Positions 1-8,656 of a stretch of DNA of 64,000 bases are shown in pieces. Numbering within the stretch: position 1 is the stretch's first letter; each line of letters begins with the position of its first letter. The translations under genes were made by a program, and so were the position numbers. Source of the DNA: Desulfurellaceae bacterium (lineage in GTDB: Bacteria; Desulfobacterota; Binatia; Bin18); the NCBI GenBank assembly GCA_021296095.1, contig JAGWBB010000002.1, positions 21,463 through 85,462 on the forward strand, in the 5' to 3' direction. The notes below the pieces were generated by a model. The model was not told where the DNA came from. It saw only the letters and a program-made list of their open reading frames with translations, and ran no database searches.

Positions 1-458
1 TGCGCCAGCGTGGCGATATGCGCCGCCTGGTCCAGACCGTGCGGCCCGATATTGCGATTGTGAATACCCTGACGCCCAGCTACAGCACCGATGTCGAACT
101 GCTCGGCACCTTGCAGGAGGAAATCCGGACCTTGTGCGACACGGTCGGCCCACGGTGTCGGTTTATCATCGACGGCGACGACCCGCTGCTGGCAGACATT
201 GCCGCGTCTGTCTCCGCTGCGGCGGCCGAGTCTGGGGACCCGCTCTTGGTGCGGCGGGCAGACTGGTCTCCGAACGGTGACGGGCTGGTCCTGCGCAGCC
301 CGACTCGTCGCTATCCGGTGAGTCGGGAGCTGATCGGCGAGAGCGAACGCAGCTCGGTTCAGGCTGCGGTGCTGCTGGCCGAGCGCTGGACCGCACTGAG
401 CCAGGCCGATATCAGCGGGTTTCTGGCTGCCGAGGGGGGACGGGCTGAGCCTCGGTGA
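1..458 (+). CDS. 3' part of a Mur-ligase-family protein; the 5' end lies outside the window. Motifs resemble the Mur ligase central domain (IVNTL...FIIDGDDP), but the C-terminal domain looks short.
   Basis: The reading frame stays open to the window edge. Motif similarity to the Mur ligase middle domain was judged by eye. Confidence 0.3.
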   Translation, partial: RQRGDMRRLVQTVRPDIAIVNTLTPSYSTDVELLGTLQEEIRTLCDTVGPRCRFIIDGDDPLLADIAASVSAAAAESGDPLLVRRADWSPNGDGLVLRSPTRRYPVSRELIGESERSSVQAAVLLAERWTALSQADISGFLAAEGGRAEPR

Positions 459-641
459 GGGTGTTGCACGTGCTCGGGTCGAGCCCGCATCCGGCGGGTT
501 CCTGTGTCCGCCCTCTTGCAAAAAAAGCACCGCTCATACTATGCTGGTCCACAGCTTATGGATGACCCTCCATATCAAAGTAGTCGCCCGAGGCTGACTG
601 CACTGGTGTCATCCTCCCCTCGGGAGAGATGAAAGCAGGCC

Positions 642-2003
642 ATGGACAGTCCGGCTCTCGGCATTCTCATTACGCTGCTGTTGGTGCTGGCCAACGCCTT
701 CTTTGTGGCGGCCGAATTCGCCCTGGTCAAAGTTCGCTCTTCACAGATTGAGCTACTGGTCCAGACCGGTAGCAGAACGGCCCGCATGGCCCAACACCTG
801 ATCGCCCACCTGGACGCCTACCTGTCGGCCACCCAGCTGGGCATCACCCTGGCCTCGCTCGGTCTGGGCTGGATCGGCGAACCGGTCGTCGCCCGCCTGT
901 TGCTCGGCGCCATGGCCGCGGTCGGCCTGCACCCCGATCCCGAACTGGCCCATACTCTGGCTCTGCCGGTCGCCTTTCTGCTGCTGACGTTTCTGCATAT
1001 CGTGTTTGGTGAGCTGGCTCCCAAATCGCTGGCCATCCAGCGTCCGCGACCGACCGCCCTGGTCGTGGCCTTTCCCCTGTGGCTGTTCTCGGTGTTGTTG
1101 TTTCCGGTCATCACCGCCCTCAACTGGGTGGCCAACAAGGTCTTGTGGCTGCTCGGCATCGAACCGGCCAGCGAGTCGTCGCACTACCACTCGGGCCAGG
1201 AACTCCGCCTGCTGCTCGAGCAGAGCCGCGAGGACGGAACGATTGAAGAAGCCGAGCACGAGCTGATCGAAAACGTCTTTGAGTTCAGCGAGACGGTTGT
1301 CAAGGAGATCATGGTCGCCCGGACGCACATTGTCGCTCTCGACATCCACGCCTCTTCAAGCCGGCTTCTCAAAACCATGGTCGAAGAGGGCTATACGCGG
1401 ATGCCGCTGTACGACGGCGACCTGGACAATATCCGCGGCATCGTGCACGCTAAGGATTTGTTTCCACTGCTGGAGCATAAGGACCTGATCATCCTCCAGG
1501 ACATTCTGCGGCCGGCCTTTTTTGTACCCGAAACCAAACCCATCTCGCAGCTGCTGCGCGAATTTCAGCGCCGTAAGGAGCAGCTGGCGATTGTAGTCGA
1601 CGAGTTCGGCAGCACGGCCGGGCTGGTGACGATGGAGGACATTCTGGAAGAGCTGGTGGGTGAAATCCAGGACGAGTATGACAACGAAACGGCCGGGGTG
1701 GAAAAGCTGGCCGAGGGCGGTTATGTCGTGCAGGGGTCGCTGACCATCTCGGATATCAATGATCGGCTGGACGATTTTCAGCTGCCCGAGGGCAGCGACT
1801 ACACCACCCTCAACGGCCTGGTCAACAAATGGTTCGACCGGATTCCGGAAGTCTCCGAGGCGTGCGAACGCGACGGGCTGCGCATCACCGTGCTCAAGAC
1901 CGAGAACCACCATGTCGAACAGGTCCGGATTGAGCATAGCGAACCCACCGGACCGCTCTCGCCGCAGCTGACCCAGTCCAACGGCCGGCCACCCCAGCCG
2001 TGA
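642..2003 (+). CDS. CNNM / HlyC-CorC family membrane protein (DUF21 TM domain + CBS pair + CorC_HlyC C-terminal domain)
   Basis: 453-aa ORF with an N-terminal hydrophobic DUF21-like region (AAEFALVKVR), a central CBS pair and a C-terminal transporter-associated domain. Confidence 0.85.
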   Translation: MDSPALGILITLLLVLANAFFVAAEFALVKVRSSQIELLVQTGSRTARMAQHLIAHLDAYLSATQLGITLASLGLGWIGEPVVARLLLGAMAAVGLHPDPELAHTLALPVAFLLLTFLHIVFGELAPKSLAIQRPRPTALVVAFPLWLFSVLLFPVITALNWVANKVLWLLGIEPASESSHYHSGQELRLLLEQSREDGTIEEAEHELIENVFEFSETVVKEIMVARTHIVALDIHASSSRLLKTMVEEGYTRMPLYDGDLDNIRGIVHAKDLFPLLEHKDLIILQDILRPAFFVPETKPISQLLREFQRRKEQLAIVVDEFGSTAGLVTMEDILEELVGEIQDEYDNETAGVEKLAEGGYVVQGSLTISDINDRLDDFQLPEGSDYTTLNGLVNKWFDRIPEVSEACERDGLRITVLKTENHHVEQVRIEHSEPTGPLSPQLTQSNGRPPQP

Positions 2004-2266
2004 CAGGATTCCCAGCCATGGCCAGCCTGACGCTGTACACCCGTCCCGATTGCTCCCTGTGTGACGCCATGCGCGCGACCCTGCTCGCAATCCAGGCCGA
2101 GACGCCGTTTCGGCTGGAGATCATCGACATCTCCGCCGACCCGGAGCTGAGCGCCCGCTTCGGCCTCGAGATCCCGCTACTGTATATCAACGGCCAGCGC
2201 GCGTTCATGTATGAGCTGAGCGCCACCGAACTCAGGCGGCGTCTGGACCAGGAACACACCCCATGA
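2000..2266 (+). CDS. Small glutaredoxin-like thioredoxin-fold protein with a CSLC motif
   Basis: 88-aa ORF. Its GTG start overlaps the upstream stop (gTGA); an alternative ATG is at 2018. CxxC motif near the N-terminus. Confidence 0.6.
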   Translation: MTGFPAMASLTLYTRPDCSLCDAMRATLLAIQAETPFRLEIIDISADPELSARFGLEIPLLYINGQRAFMYELSATELRRRLDQEHTP

Positions 2267-2598
2267 CCACTCCCTCCCCCCAGGCCTGCGTCGTCCTGGT
2301 CACCACCGGTTCGGAGGCCGAGGCCGAAACAATCGCCACTGCCCTGCTCGAAGAACGGTTGGCGGCGTGCGCCAATATTCTCAGCCCGGTCCGCTCCGTG
2401 TACCGCTGGCAGGGCAAGATTGCGGACGACCGCGAGTGGCTGCTGGTGATCAAAACCCGGGCGGAACGCTTTGCCGCAGTCGAGGCCAGGGTACGCGCCC
2501 TGCACTCCTACGAGGTTCCGGAGGTCATCGGCCTGCCGTTGCTGGCCGGATCGGCCGACTATCTCGACTGGATTGTGACCGAAACGGCCGACGGCTGA
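2263..2598 (+). CDS. cutA: Divalent-cation tolerance protein CutA
   Basis: 111-aa ORF with a CutA1-like sequence (VLVTTGSEAEAETIATALLEERLAACANI...YRWQGKI). ATGA overlap with the upstream gene. Confidence 0.8.
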   Translation: MTTPSPQACVVLVTTGSEAEAETIATALLEERLAACANILSPVRSVYRWQGKIADDREWLLVIKTRAERFAAVEARVRALHSYEVPEVIGLPLLAGSADYLDWIVTETADG

Positions 2599-2658
2599 GG
2601 ACGGGACGCGGTTTGGCGCGCTTGTCCTGACTTCACGTCGGGTGTACCATTCCAAGCC

Positions 2659-3357
2659 ATGGCAGGCTTCAATTCCCCCTTCCGCCACCTCAGCAAGCAG
2701 GCCCGCAAACGTCACAAGCAGGTCCAGTCCGCCCCCAAGCCGAAATCTCCGGCCCTGCGGATCGCGCAGGCGCCCAGCGACGCCGAACTGTTCGCGCAGG
2801 AGATGAAAGATGTCGTCCCACTCAAAAAGGACGCCGGCGCACGGGTCGGCCGGCCGTCCCCGGCCGTGTTACGCCGCAGCCTGATCGATGAGGAGAACGA
2901 GGCCCTGGCCGAGCTGTACGATCTGGTTGCCGGCCGGTCCGAGTTTGATGTCACCGATACCGATGAATACGTGGAGGGCTGCGTCATAGGGCTGGATACC
3001 CGGCTGGTCCATAAGCTGCGCCAGGGCGCCTTTTCCCGCCAAGCCTCGCTGGACCTGCACGGCATGACAACCGAGGAAGCCCAGGCCGAGGTCGAAGGCT
3101 TTGTGCTCGGAGCGCTGCGCTCCGGTCTGCGCTGCGTTCTGGTCATCCACGGCCGGGGACGCAACTCGCCCGGCCAGATGCCGGTGCTGAAAGATCGGCT
3201 GAAATACTGGCTGACCCGCGGCAAGCTGGCCAAGGTCGTGCTGGCCTTTGCCACCGCCCGGGCCTACGACGGGGGACCGGGCGCCCTGTACATCCTGCTG
3301 CGCCACGAGCACGCGCCCAAGCAGCCGCTGATCGTCCTGGAGGGAGCCAAGCGCTAA
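2659..3357 (+). CDS. Smr (MutS2-related small nuclease) domain protein
   Basis: C-terminal Smr motif LDLHGMTTEEA...VLVIHGRGRNS. Confidence 0.7.
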   Translation: MAGFNSPFRHLSKQARKRHKQVQSAPKPKSPALRIAQAPSDAELFAQEMKDVVPLKKDAGARVGRPSPAVLRRSLIDEENEALAELYDLVAGRSEFDVTDTDEYVEGCVIGLDTRLVHKLRQGAFSRQASLDLHGMTTEEAQAEVEGFVLGALRSGLRCVLVIHGRGRNSPGQMPVLKDRLKYWLTRGKLAKVVLAFATARAYDGGPGALYILLRHEHAPKQPLIVLEGAKR

Positions 3358-3379
3358 GTCGAACCGATAGGGAGGGCTT

Positions 3380-4636
3380 ATGGCCGTCGCAGCACCGCCT
3401 TCAGCTCCGCGTCTCGCCTACACCGGCGAGAAGGGCAACATCTTCATTGCTACCCCTCAGTCGGGCCAGCCACAGCAGCTGACCTGGAGTTGGGACGAGC
3501 CGGCCTCGGACAAGGACGGCGCCCAACTGAGCCATGTGTGGCCCAGCTGGGCGCCGGACGGCAGCCGGCTGGCCTGCTTTGGTCTGCGGGGGACGGGCGG
3601 TCCGGAGGTACGCACCAGTCTGTACGCGCTTGCGACCGACGGTGTTGAATCCTGGGAGCTGGCCAGTATCAGCGGCGGCATGCCGATCTACGGCAACTGG
3701 TCGCCCCGCGCCGATGCGTTCGCCGCCCTCATTCAGCGGGAGAAATCCGCGCTGTCGCTGGAAGTCGCCGTCCTGGGCCAGCCGGGTGACATGACGGCCG
3801 TGCTGCACGGCGCGCCGCTGTTCTGGTCCTGGTCGCCGAGCGGGAAGCGGCTGGCCGCCCATGTGGGCCGCCGCACCGGCTCTGACCAGGCGGCTCGAGT
3901 GGTCTTGCTGGACGTCGCCTCGCGACAGGTTATCCGTGAGATCTCAGACCGACCGGGCGATTTTCGCGTGCCGGCCTGGTCGCCGACCGAAGAGCTGCTG
4001 GTGTATGTCGAGCGGCAAGACAACGGCGACAATATGCTCCGTCTGTTCGACGTACCGAGCGGCCAGACGGCGCCGGTTGCCGTGCTGCCCGGCTCGGTCG
4101 CCGCGGTATGGTCGGCCGACGGACAAGCCCTGGCCTTTGGCAGCACCGCCAGACCGGGCTCGCTGCTGTTTTCCGGGCTGCGGATTCTCGATCTGGGCAG
4201 CGGCCGGATTACGTCGCTGCTGGACGAGACGGAGCGCGCGATTACGGGGTTCTTCTGGTCGCCGCGCGGCGACGCCCTGCTGTATCTGAGCGTTGACGTC
4301 CGCCACAGCCATATGCGCTGGCACCGGTTGTCGCGTGCCAACGACACCAGCCGTGAACTGGTCCGCTTTCTGCCCAGCCGCGAGCAGACCTTTATCTTTT
4401 CGTTTTTTGACCAGTACGCCGGCTCACATCCACCCGTCGCTCCAGACGGCAGCGCACTGGCCTTTGCCGGGCATCGCATCGGGCCGGTCGCGCTCGACAC
4501 CGGCTCCCCGGCCCGGGTGTACAGCGTGTCCCTGGACGAAATGGACGCTCCGCCCGCCATCCAAGCCGTCGGCACCGGCAATTTTGTGTGCTGGGAGCCA
4601 CCCTACCCCACCCTTTCGGCCCGCGGCAAAAAGTGA
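3380..4636 (+). CDS. TolB-like beta-propeller protein with PD40/WD40-like repeats
   Basis: Repeated WSPDG / WSPRGD / SWSPSGKRLA motifs typical of PD40 propeller blades. Confidence 0.6.
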   Translation: MAVAAPPSAPRLAYTGEKGNIFIATPQSGQPQQLTWSWDEPASDKDGAQLSHVWPSWAPDGSRLACFGLRGTGGPEVRTSLYALATDGVESWELASISGGMPIYGNWSPRADAFAALIQREKSALSLEVAVLGQPGDMTAVLHGAPLFWSWSPSGKRLAAHVGRRTGSDQAARVVLLDVASRQVIREISDRPGDFRVPAWSPTEELLVYVERQDNGDNMLRLFDVPSGQTAPVAVLPGSVAAVWSADGQALAFGSTARPGSLLFSGLRILDLGSGRITSLLDETERAITGFFWSPRGDALLYLSVDVRHSHMRWHRLSRANDTSRELVRFLPSREQTFIFSFFDQYAGSHPPVAPDGSALAFAGHRIGPVALDTGSPARVYSVSLDEMDAPPAIQAVGTGNFVCWEPPYPTLSARGKK

Positions 4637-4656
4637 GACCGCAGGGCTCGGCCGGA

Positions 4657-4872
4657 TCAGAGGTCGTCCGGTTTGAGGCCAGTCCGTTTAGCAATACGAG
4701 CCAGCATCCGCGGACCGATCTCTTCTCTATCATGAAAGGCAAAGACAAAATCCGGCCAGCCGGGACGTGTGAGAACTCGGTGTGAGCCACGAATGCGACG
4801 CTTTATGGTCCAGCCCAGCCTTTGCAACGCGACCAACACTTGCCGCGCTTTAGTGGCTGGCCACCGGCTCAT
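4657..4872 (-). CDS. hicA: HicA mRNA-interferase toxin
   Basis: 71-aa ORF with HicA/YcfA-like motifs (LGW...GSHRVL...P). 4-nt overlap with the upstream hicB. Confidence 0.75.
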   Translation of the reverse strand: MSRWPATKARQVLVALQRLGWTIKRRIRGSHRVLTRPGWPDFVFAFHDREEIGPRMLARIAKRTGLKPDDL

Positions 4873-5075
4873 GTGATGACCGAGAAGACGGCGGCCATCT
4901 GCGGCACTGACTCACCGTGCTCCAGCCGGTCAGCGACGACTCGGAGCGCTAAGGCTTGGACACGCGCTATGGCCTCTTCACGGGTCTGGCCGTAGGCGAG
5001 AGCCCCAGGGAGTTCTGCTACCTCGCCAAGCCAGCGTCCATCCTCTTCTTGCTCAACTTCGACCGTGAAGTTCAT
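4869..5075 (-). CDS. hicB: HicB antitoxin (UPF0150 family)
   Basis: 68-aa acidic ORF directly upstream of hicA and translationally coupled to it. Confidence 0.65.
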   Translation of the reverse strand: MNFTVEVEQEEDGRWLGEVAELPGALAYGQTREEAIARVQALALRVVADRLEHGESVPQMAAVFSVIT

Positions 5076-5361
5076 GGTCGTATCTTCCTTCTTTCAGTCA
5101 GACCGCTGTCGCCGTGGAGCATAGCGCACCACTGAGCAACTGCAACCAGCAGCGCTGCCGCCTTTGAGAAAAGAGCGAGTGAAGGGGATCTGCCAGGCGT
5201 GAGTCCCGGGTACTGTCCTAATTTGAGGTTTTTCCCTCAACAGCAACAGTGGCTTACAGTTCAAAATAGGACAGCACCGAGTCCCGGGCCTTCCCTTGCC
5301 CGTCCCGGCCAAGCGCGCTAGGCTGTCCGACACACCAGACCGAAGCCTAAAGGAGGGGACT

Positions 5362-6471
5362 GCCATGGCAGCACATCGGATTATTTCTGCGGATTCGCAT
5401 TTTGTCGAACCACCGACAATGTGGGCCGAACGGATTGACGCCAAGTTTCGTGACCGGGCACCACACACCCAGCAGGGGTATAAGGGCAGACCCGGCGAGT
5501 GGTTCAGGTGCGAAAATATCCAGCCGGTTCAGGTCGGCGGCTTTTTCGGTTCGGGCAAAAGCTCCGAGGAGCTGCCCGAACACCTCAAGAAAGGCTTTGA
5601 GGTCGCCCCCAAGAGCGTCTGGGACCCGGCCGAACGCCTCAAGGAACAGGACCGCGACGGCGTCAGCGCCGAGGGGCTGTACACCTCGATGGGCATGCTG
5701 CTGTTCGGCCTCGACGATGCCGAGCTGCGCGCCGCCAGTTTCACCGCCTTCAACGACTGGGCGGCCGAGTATTGCAGCTATGATTCCAAGCGCCTGATCG
5801 GCCTCGGCGCGATCACCCTGGAAGACATTCCGGCCGGCGTCAAAGAGCTGGAACGGATCGCCAACAAGGGCCTGCGGGGTACGCTGATCTGGGGCTCGCC
5901 GCCCGAAGACGCACCGTATAGCGATCCGGTCTACGATCCGTTCTGGGCCGCCGCCCAAGACCTGAACATGCCGCTGTCGCTGCATATCCTGACCGGCCGG
6001 GGCGGTAACCGGTTCAGCCGCCGCCGGGTCTTGTACGGCTATATGCGCCTGCCCCAGGAAATCCAGCTGACCCTGGCCGATATGGTCACCGGCGGGGTGT
6101 TTGAGCGCTTCCCCAAGCTGAGAATCGTGTCGGCCGAAAACGACGTGTCGTGGCTGCCCCACTTCATGTATCGGCTCGACCACGCCTATGATCGGCTGCG
6201 CCATATCGAGGGCCTGACCCTGTCGATGCTGCCCAGCGAGTACATCAAGCGCAACATCTGGGCGACCTTCCAGTTTGAGACCAGCAATGTCGAGTTCACC
6301 CGCCAGGCGGTCGGCACCGAACAGATCATGTGGTCCTCAGACTACCCCCATACCGACTCGCCGTGGCCGCGCTCGCGCGAGTTTATCGCCGGGGCGTTCG
6401 AGGACATGCGCGAAGACGACATAGCCAAGATCGTCGGCGGCAACGCCGCCGAGCTGTACGGGATCGAGTAG
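5362..6471 (+). CDS. Amidohydrolase family 2 (ACMSD-like metal-dependent hydrolase)
   Basis: Motifs ISADSHFVEP ... HI ... SSDYPH. AGGAGG ribosome-binding site 8 nt upstream of the ATG at 5362. Confidence 0.75.
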   Translation, partial: AMAAHRIISADSHFVEPPTMWAERIDAKFRDRAPHTQQGYKGRPGEWFRCENIQPVQVGGFFGSGKSSEELPEHLKKGFEVAPKSVWDPAERLKEQDRDGVSAEGLYTSMGMLLFGLDDAELRAASFTAFNDWAAEYCSYDSKRLIGLGAITLEDIPAGVKELERIANKGLRGTLIWGSPPEDAPYSDPVYDPFWAAAQDLNMPLSLHILTGRGGNRFSRRRVLYGYMRLPQEIQLTLADMVTGGVFERFPKLRIVSAENDVSWLPHFMYRLDHAYDRLRHIEGLTLSMLPSEYIKRNIWATFQFETSNVEFTRQAVGTEQIMWSSDYPHTDSPWPRSREFIAGAFEDMREDDIAKIVGGNAAELYGIE

Positions 6472-6530
6472 GACGCGTTTCGTCCTTCAGGAGGAGAGCC
6501 CGGGACGGCCCTCCTCCTGAAAGGGGCGGT

Positions 6531-7193
6531 ATGAGTACGATCAAAATCCTGCCGTCTATCCTGGCTGCGGATTTTCGCTGCCTGGGCCAGCAGATCGCCG
6601 AGGTGGAGCGGGCCGGAGCGGACGGAATTCATATTGATGTGATGGACGGCCGCTTCGTGCCCAATATCAGCCTCGGTCCGTTCATCGTCGAGGCGGTTCG
6701 GCACACCACCAGCCTCACCCTCGACGTGCATCTGATGATCGTCGAGCCCGAGCGCTATGTGGACGACTTCGCCCGCGCCGGGGCCGACATCATCTCGGTC
6801 CACCAGGAAGCCTGTCTCCATGTGCACCGCACCGTCCAACACATCAAGCAGCTGGGCAAGCAGGCCGGGGTGGTGCTGAACCCCGGCACGCCGCTGTCGA
6901 GCCTGGAAGACCTGCTGGATGAGGTCGATCTGATTCTGCTGATGAGCGTCAATCCCGGCTTTGGCGGCCAGCGTTTTATCGCCGCCAGCACCGATAAGGT
7001 CCGCCGGCTACGCGAGCTACTCGACACCCGGGACTCGACCGTCCTGCTGGAGATTGACGGCGGGATTGATCCCCGCACCGCGCCTCAGGCGGTCGCCGCC
7101 GGAGCCCGAATGCTGGTCGCCGGCTCAGCCGTGTTTGGCGCCCCCGGTGGCCCGGCTCAGGGCGTGAAGCGCCTGCGGGACAGCCTCGCCTAG
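6531..7193 (+). CDS. rpe: Ribulose-phosphate 3-epimerase
   Basis: Signature MSTIKILPSILAADF...HIDVMDGRFVPN...GGI. Confidence 0.85.
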   Translation: MSTIKILPSILAADFRCLGQQIAEVERAGADGIHIDVMDGRFVPNISLGPFIVEAVRHTTSLTLDVHLMIVEPERYVDDFARAGADIISVHQEACLHVHRTVQHIKQLGKQAGVVLNPGTPLSSLEDLLDEVDLILLMSVNPGFGGQRFIAASTDKVRRLRELLDTRDSTVLLEIDGGIDPRTAPQAVAAGARMLVAGSAVFGAPGGPAQGVKRLRDSLA

Positions 7194-7213
7194 GGGCGAC
7201 GCGGGCGGTCTGC

Positions 7214-8656
7214 CTACTTCTTCATTTTCTGCTGCAGCAGATCTCCCAGCGTGGTGCCAAAACCACGGCTGGCCTGTCCGGAATCGCTCATATACGCCTG
7301 GGCCTCGAGTCGTTCCTCCTGGGCTTGGGCTTTGGAACGCGACAGCCTGATCCGTCGGCCCTTGTCCTCAACCGCCAAGACCAGGACTTTCACCTCGGTG
7401 TCCGGCCCAAAGTCCTTGGTGTGGTCGGTGCCGCGCGGCGTCCCCATCTCGGCGTTAGGAACCAAGCCGATTTGTCCGGGCCCGAGCCGGACAAACACCC
7501 CGAACGGTTCGACCCGGTCGACCCGGCCGTTCAGCACGCTGCCGACGGTGATGACGGTTTCTTCGATCTGTTGGCCGAGACTCACTCCTTCGGGGGCCAG
7601 GGCCAGGGCAATCCGGCGCTTGTCAGGGTCGATGCTGAGGATCATGACCGTGATCTGGGACTGCTCGGCGGCCGCGTCCTTGAGCGTACCGTGCTGGCTG
7701 CGCGGGATTTCGCTGACGTGCAGGAGGCCGTTGACCCCGGGCAAGACCTCGACAAAGGCGCCAAAATCGGCCATCCGCACGACCTGGCCGGTGACGATCT
7801 GGCGCGCCTTGAGCTGCTCGGCGACCTGTTCCCAGGGGTCGCCCTCAAGCGCCTTCATGCTCAGGGAAATCTTGCCCGTCTGTTCGTTGACCTTGAGGAC
7901 TTTGACGCTCACCGCCTGACCGCCGCTCAGGAATTCGGCCGGCTTGACGGTGCGGGAGTGGGACAGCTCCGAAACGTGGACCAAGCCCTGGACACCGCCG
8001 CCGAGATCGACAAAGGCACCGAAGTCGGTCAGCGAGGTCACCGTGCCCGGCAAGACCGCGTCGGGCACGATTTTTTCCCGGACCGCCTCGGCTTCCTTGG
8101 CCGCCGCCGCTTCGAGCAGGCGCCGCCGTGAGATGACGATATTGCGGCCGTTTTCGGTATAGCGCGTCACCAGGAATTCCAGGGTCTGGTTCAGAAAAAC
8201 GTCTGAGGACTCGACCCGCCGGATATCCATCTGAGAAAACGGGCAGAAGGCCCGCAGCCCGCCGACCATGACCTCATAGCCGCCCTTGATGACCGCGTGG
8301 ACCGTTCCCTCGACCGGCAGCCCGTGCGCAAAGGCCGCCTCCAATTGCTGGCGGGCCTGCATGCCCTTGAGCAGCTTGCGGGACAGACGAATCTCGCCCT
8401 CGGTCGATAACACCGTCGCCTCGATCTCGTCCCCGACCTCGACCTGCAGGCTGCCGTCCTCGTCCTCCAACTCGGCCCGGGCGATGATGCCCTCGCCCTT
8501 ATCGCGGACATCGACGAAGATGCTGTCCTCGCCGATCTGGATCACACTGCCCTTGACGATCTGACCCGTTTGGAGCGTGGGCTGCGTCGCTTCCTGGGCC
8601 AGCAGCGCCGCAAAATCCTCTGCCGTGTCGGTGGTGGGTGTCTGCGCGTCACTCAT
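7214..8656 (-). CDS. rpsA: S1 RNA-binding-domain protein (four S1 repeats; ribosomal protein S1-like)
   Basis: 480-aa acidic protein with repeated S1 motifs (G.V.G.V..IT.FGAFV.L..GV.GL.H.SE). Overlaps the glnE stop by 4 nt. Confidence 0.6.
   Translation of the reverse strand: MSDAQTPTTDTAEDFAALLAQEATQPTLQTGQIVKGSVIQIGEDSIFVDVRDKGEGIIARAELEDEDGSLQVEVGDEIEATVLSTEGEIRLSRKLLKGMQARQQLEAAFAHGLPVEGTVHAVIKGGYEVMVGGLRAFCPFSQMDIRRVESSDVFLNQTLEFLVTRYTENGRNIVISRRRLLEAAAAKEAEAVREKIVPDAVLPGTVTSLTDFGAFVDLGGGVQGLVHVSELSHSRTVKPAEFLSGGQAVSVKVLKVNEQTGKISLSMKALEGDPWEQVAEQLKARQIVTGQVVRMADFGAFVEVLPGVNGLLHVSEIPRSQHGTLKDAAAEQSQITVMILSIDPDKRRIALALAPEGVSLGQQIEETVITVGSVLNGRVDRVEPFGVFVRLGPGQIGLVPNAEMGTPRGTDHTKDFGPDTEVKVLVLAVEDKGRRIRLSRSKAQAQEERLEAQAYMSDSGQASRGFGTTLGDLLQQKMKK

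Noticed and set aside
753-2715. Several 100-270-aa minus-strand ORFs (753-1349, 1356-2090, 1894-2715)
   Set aside because: They overlap well-supported plus-strand genes (CNNM, Grx-like, CutA) in antisense orientation. Compositionally biased.
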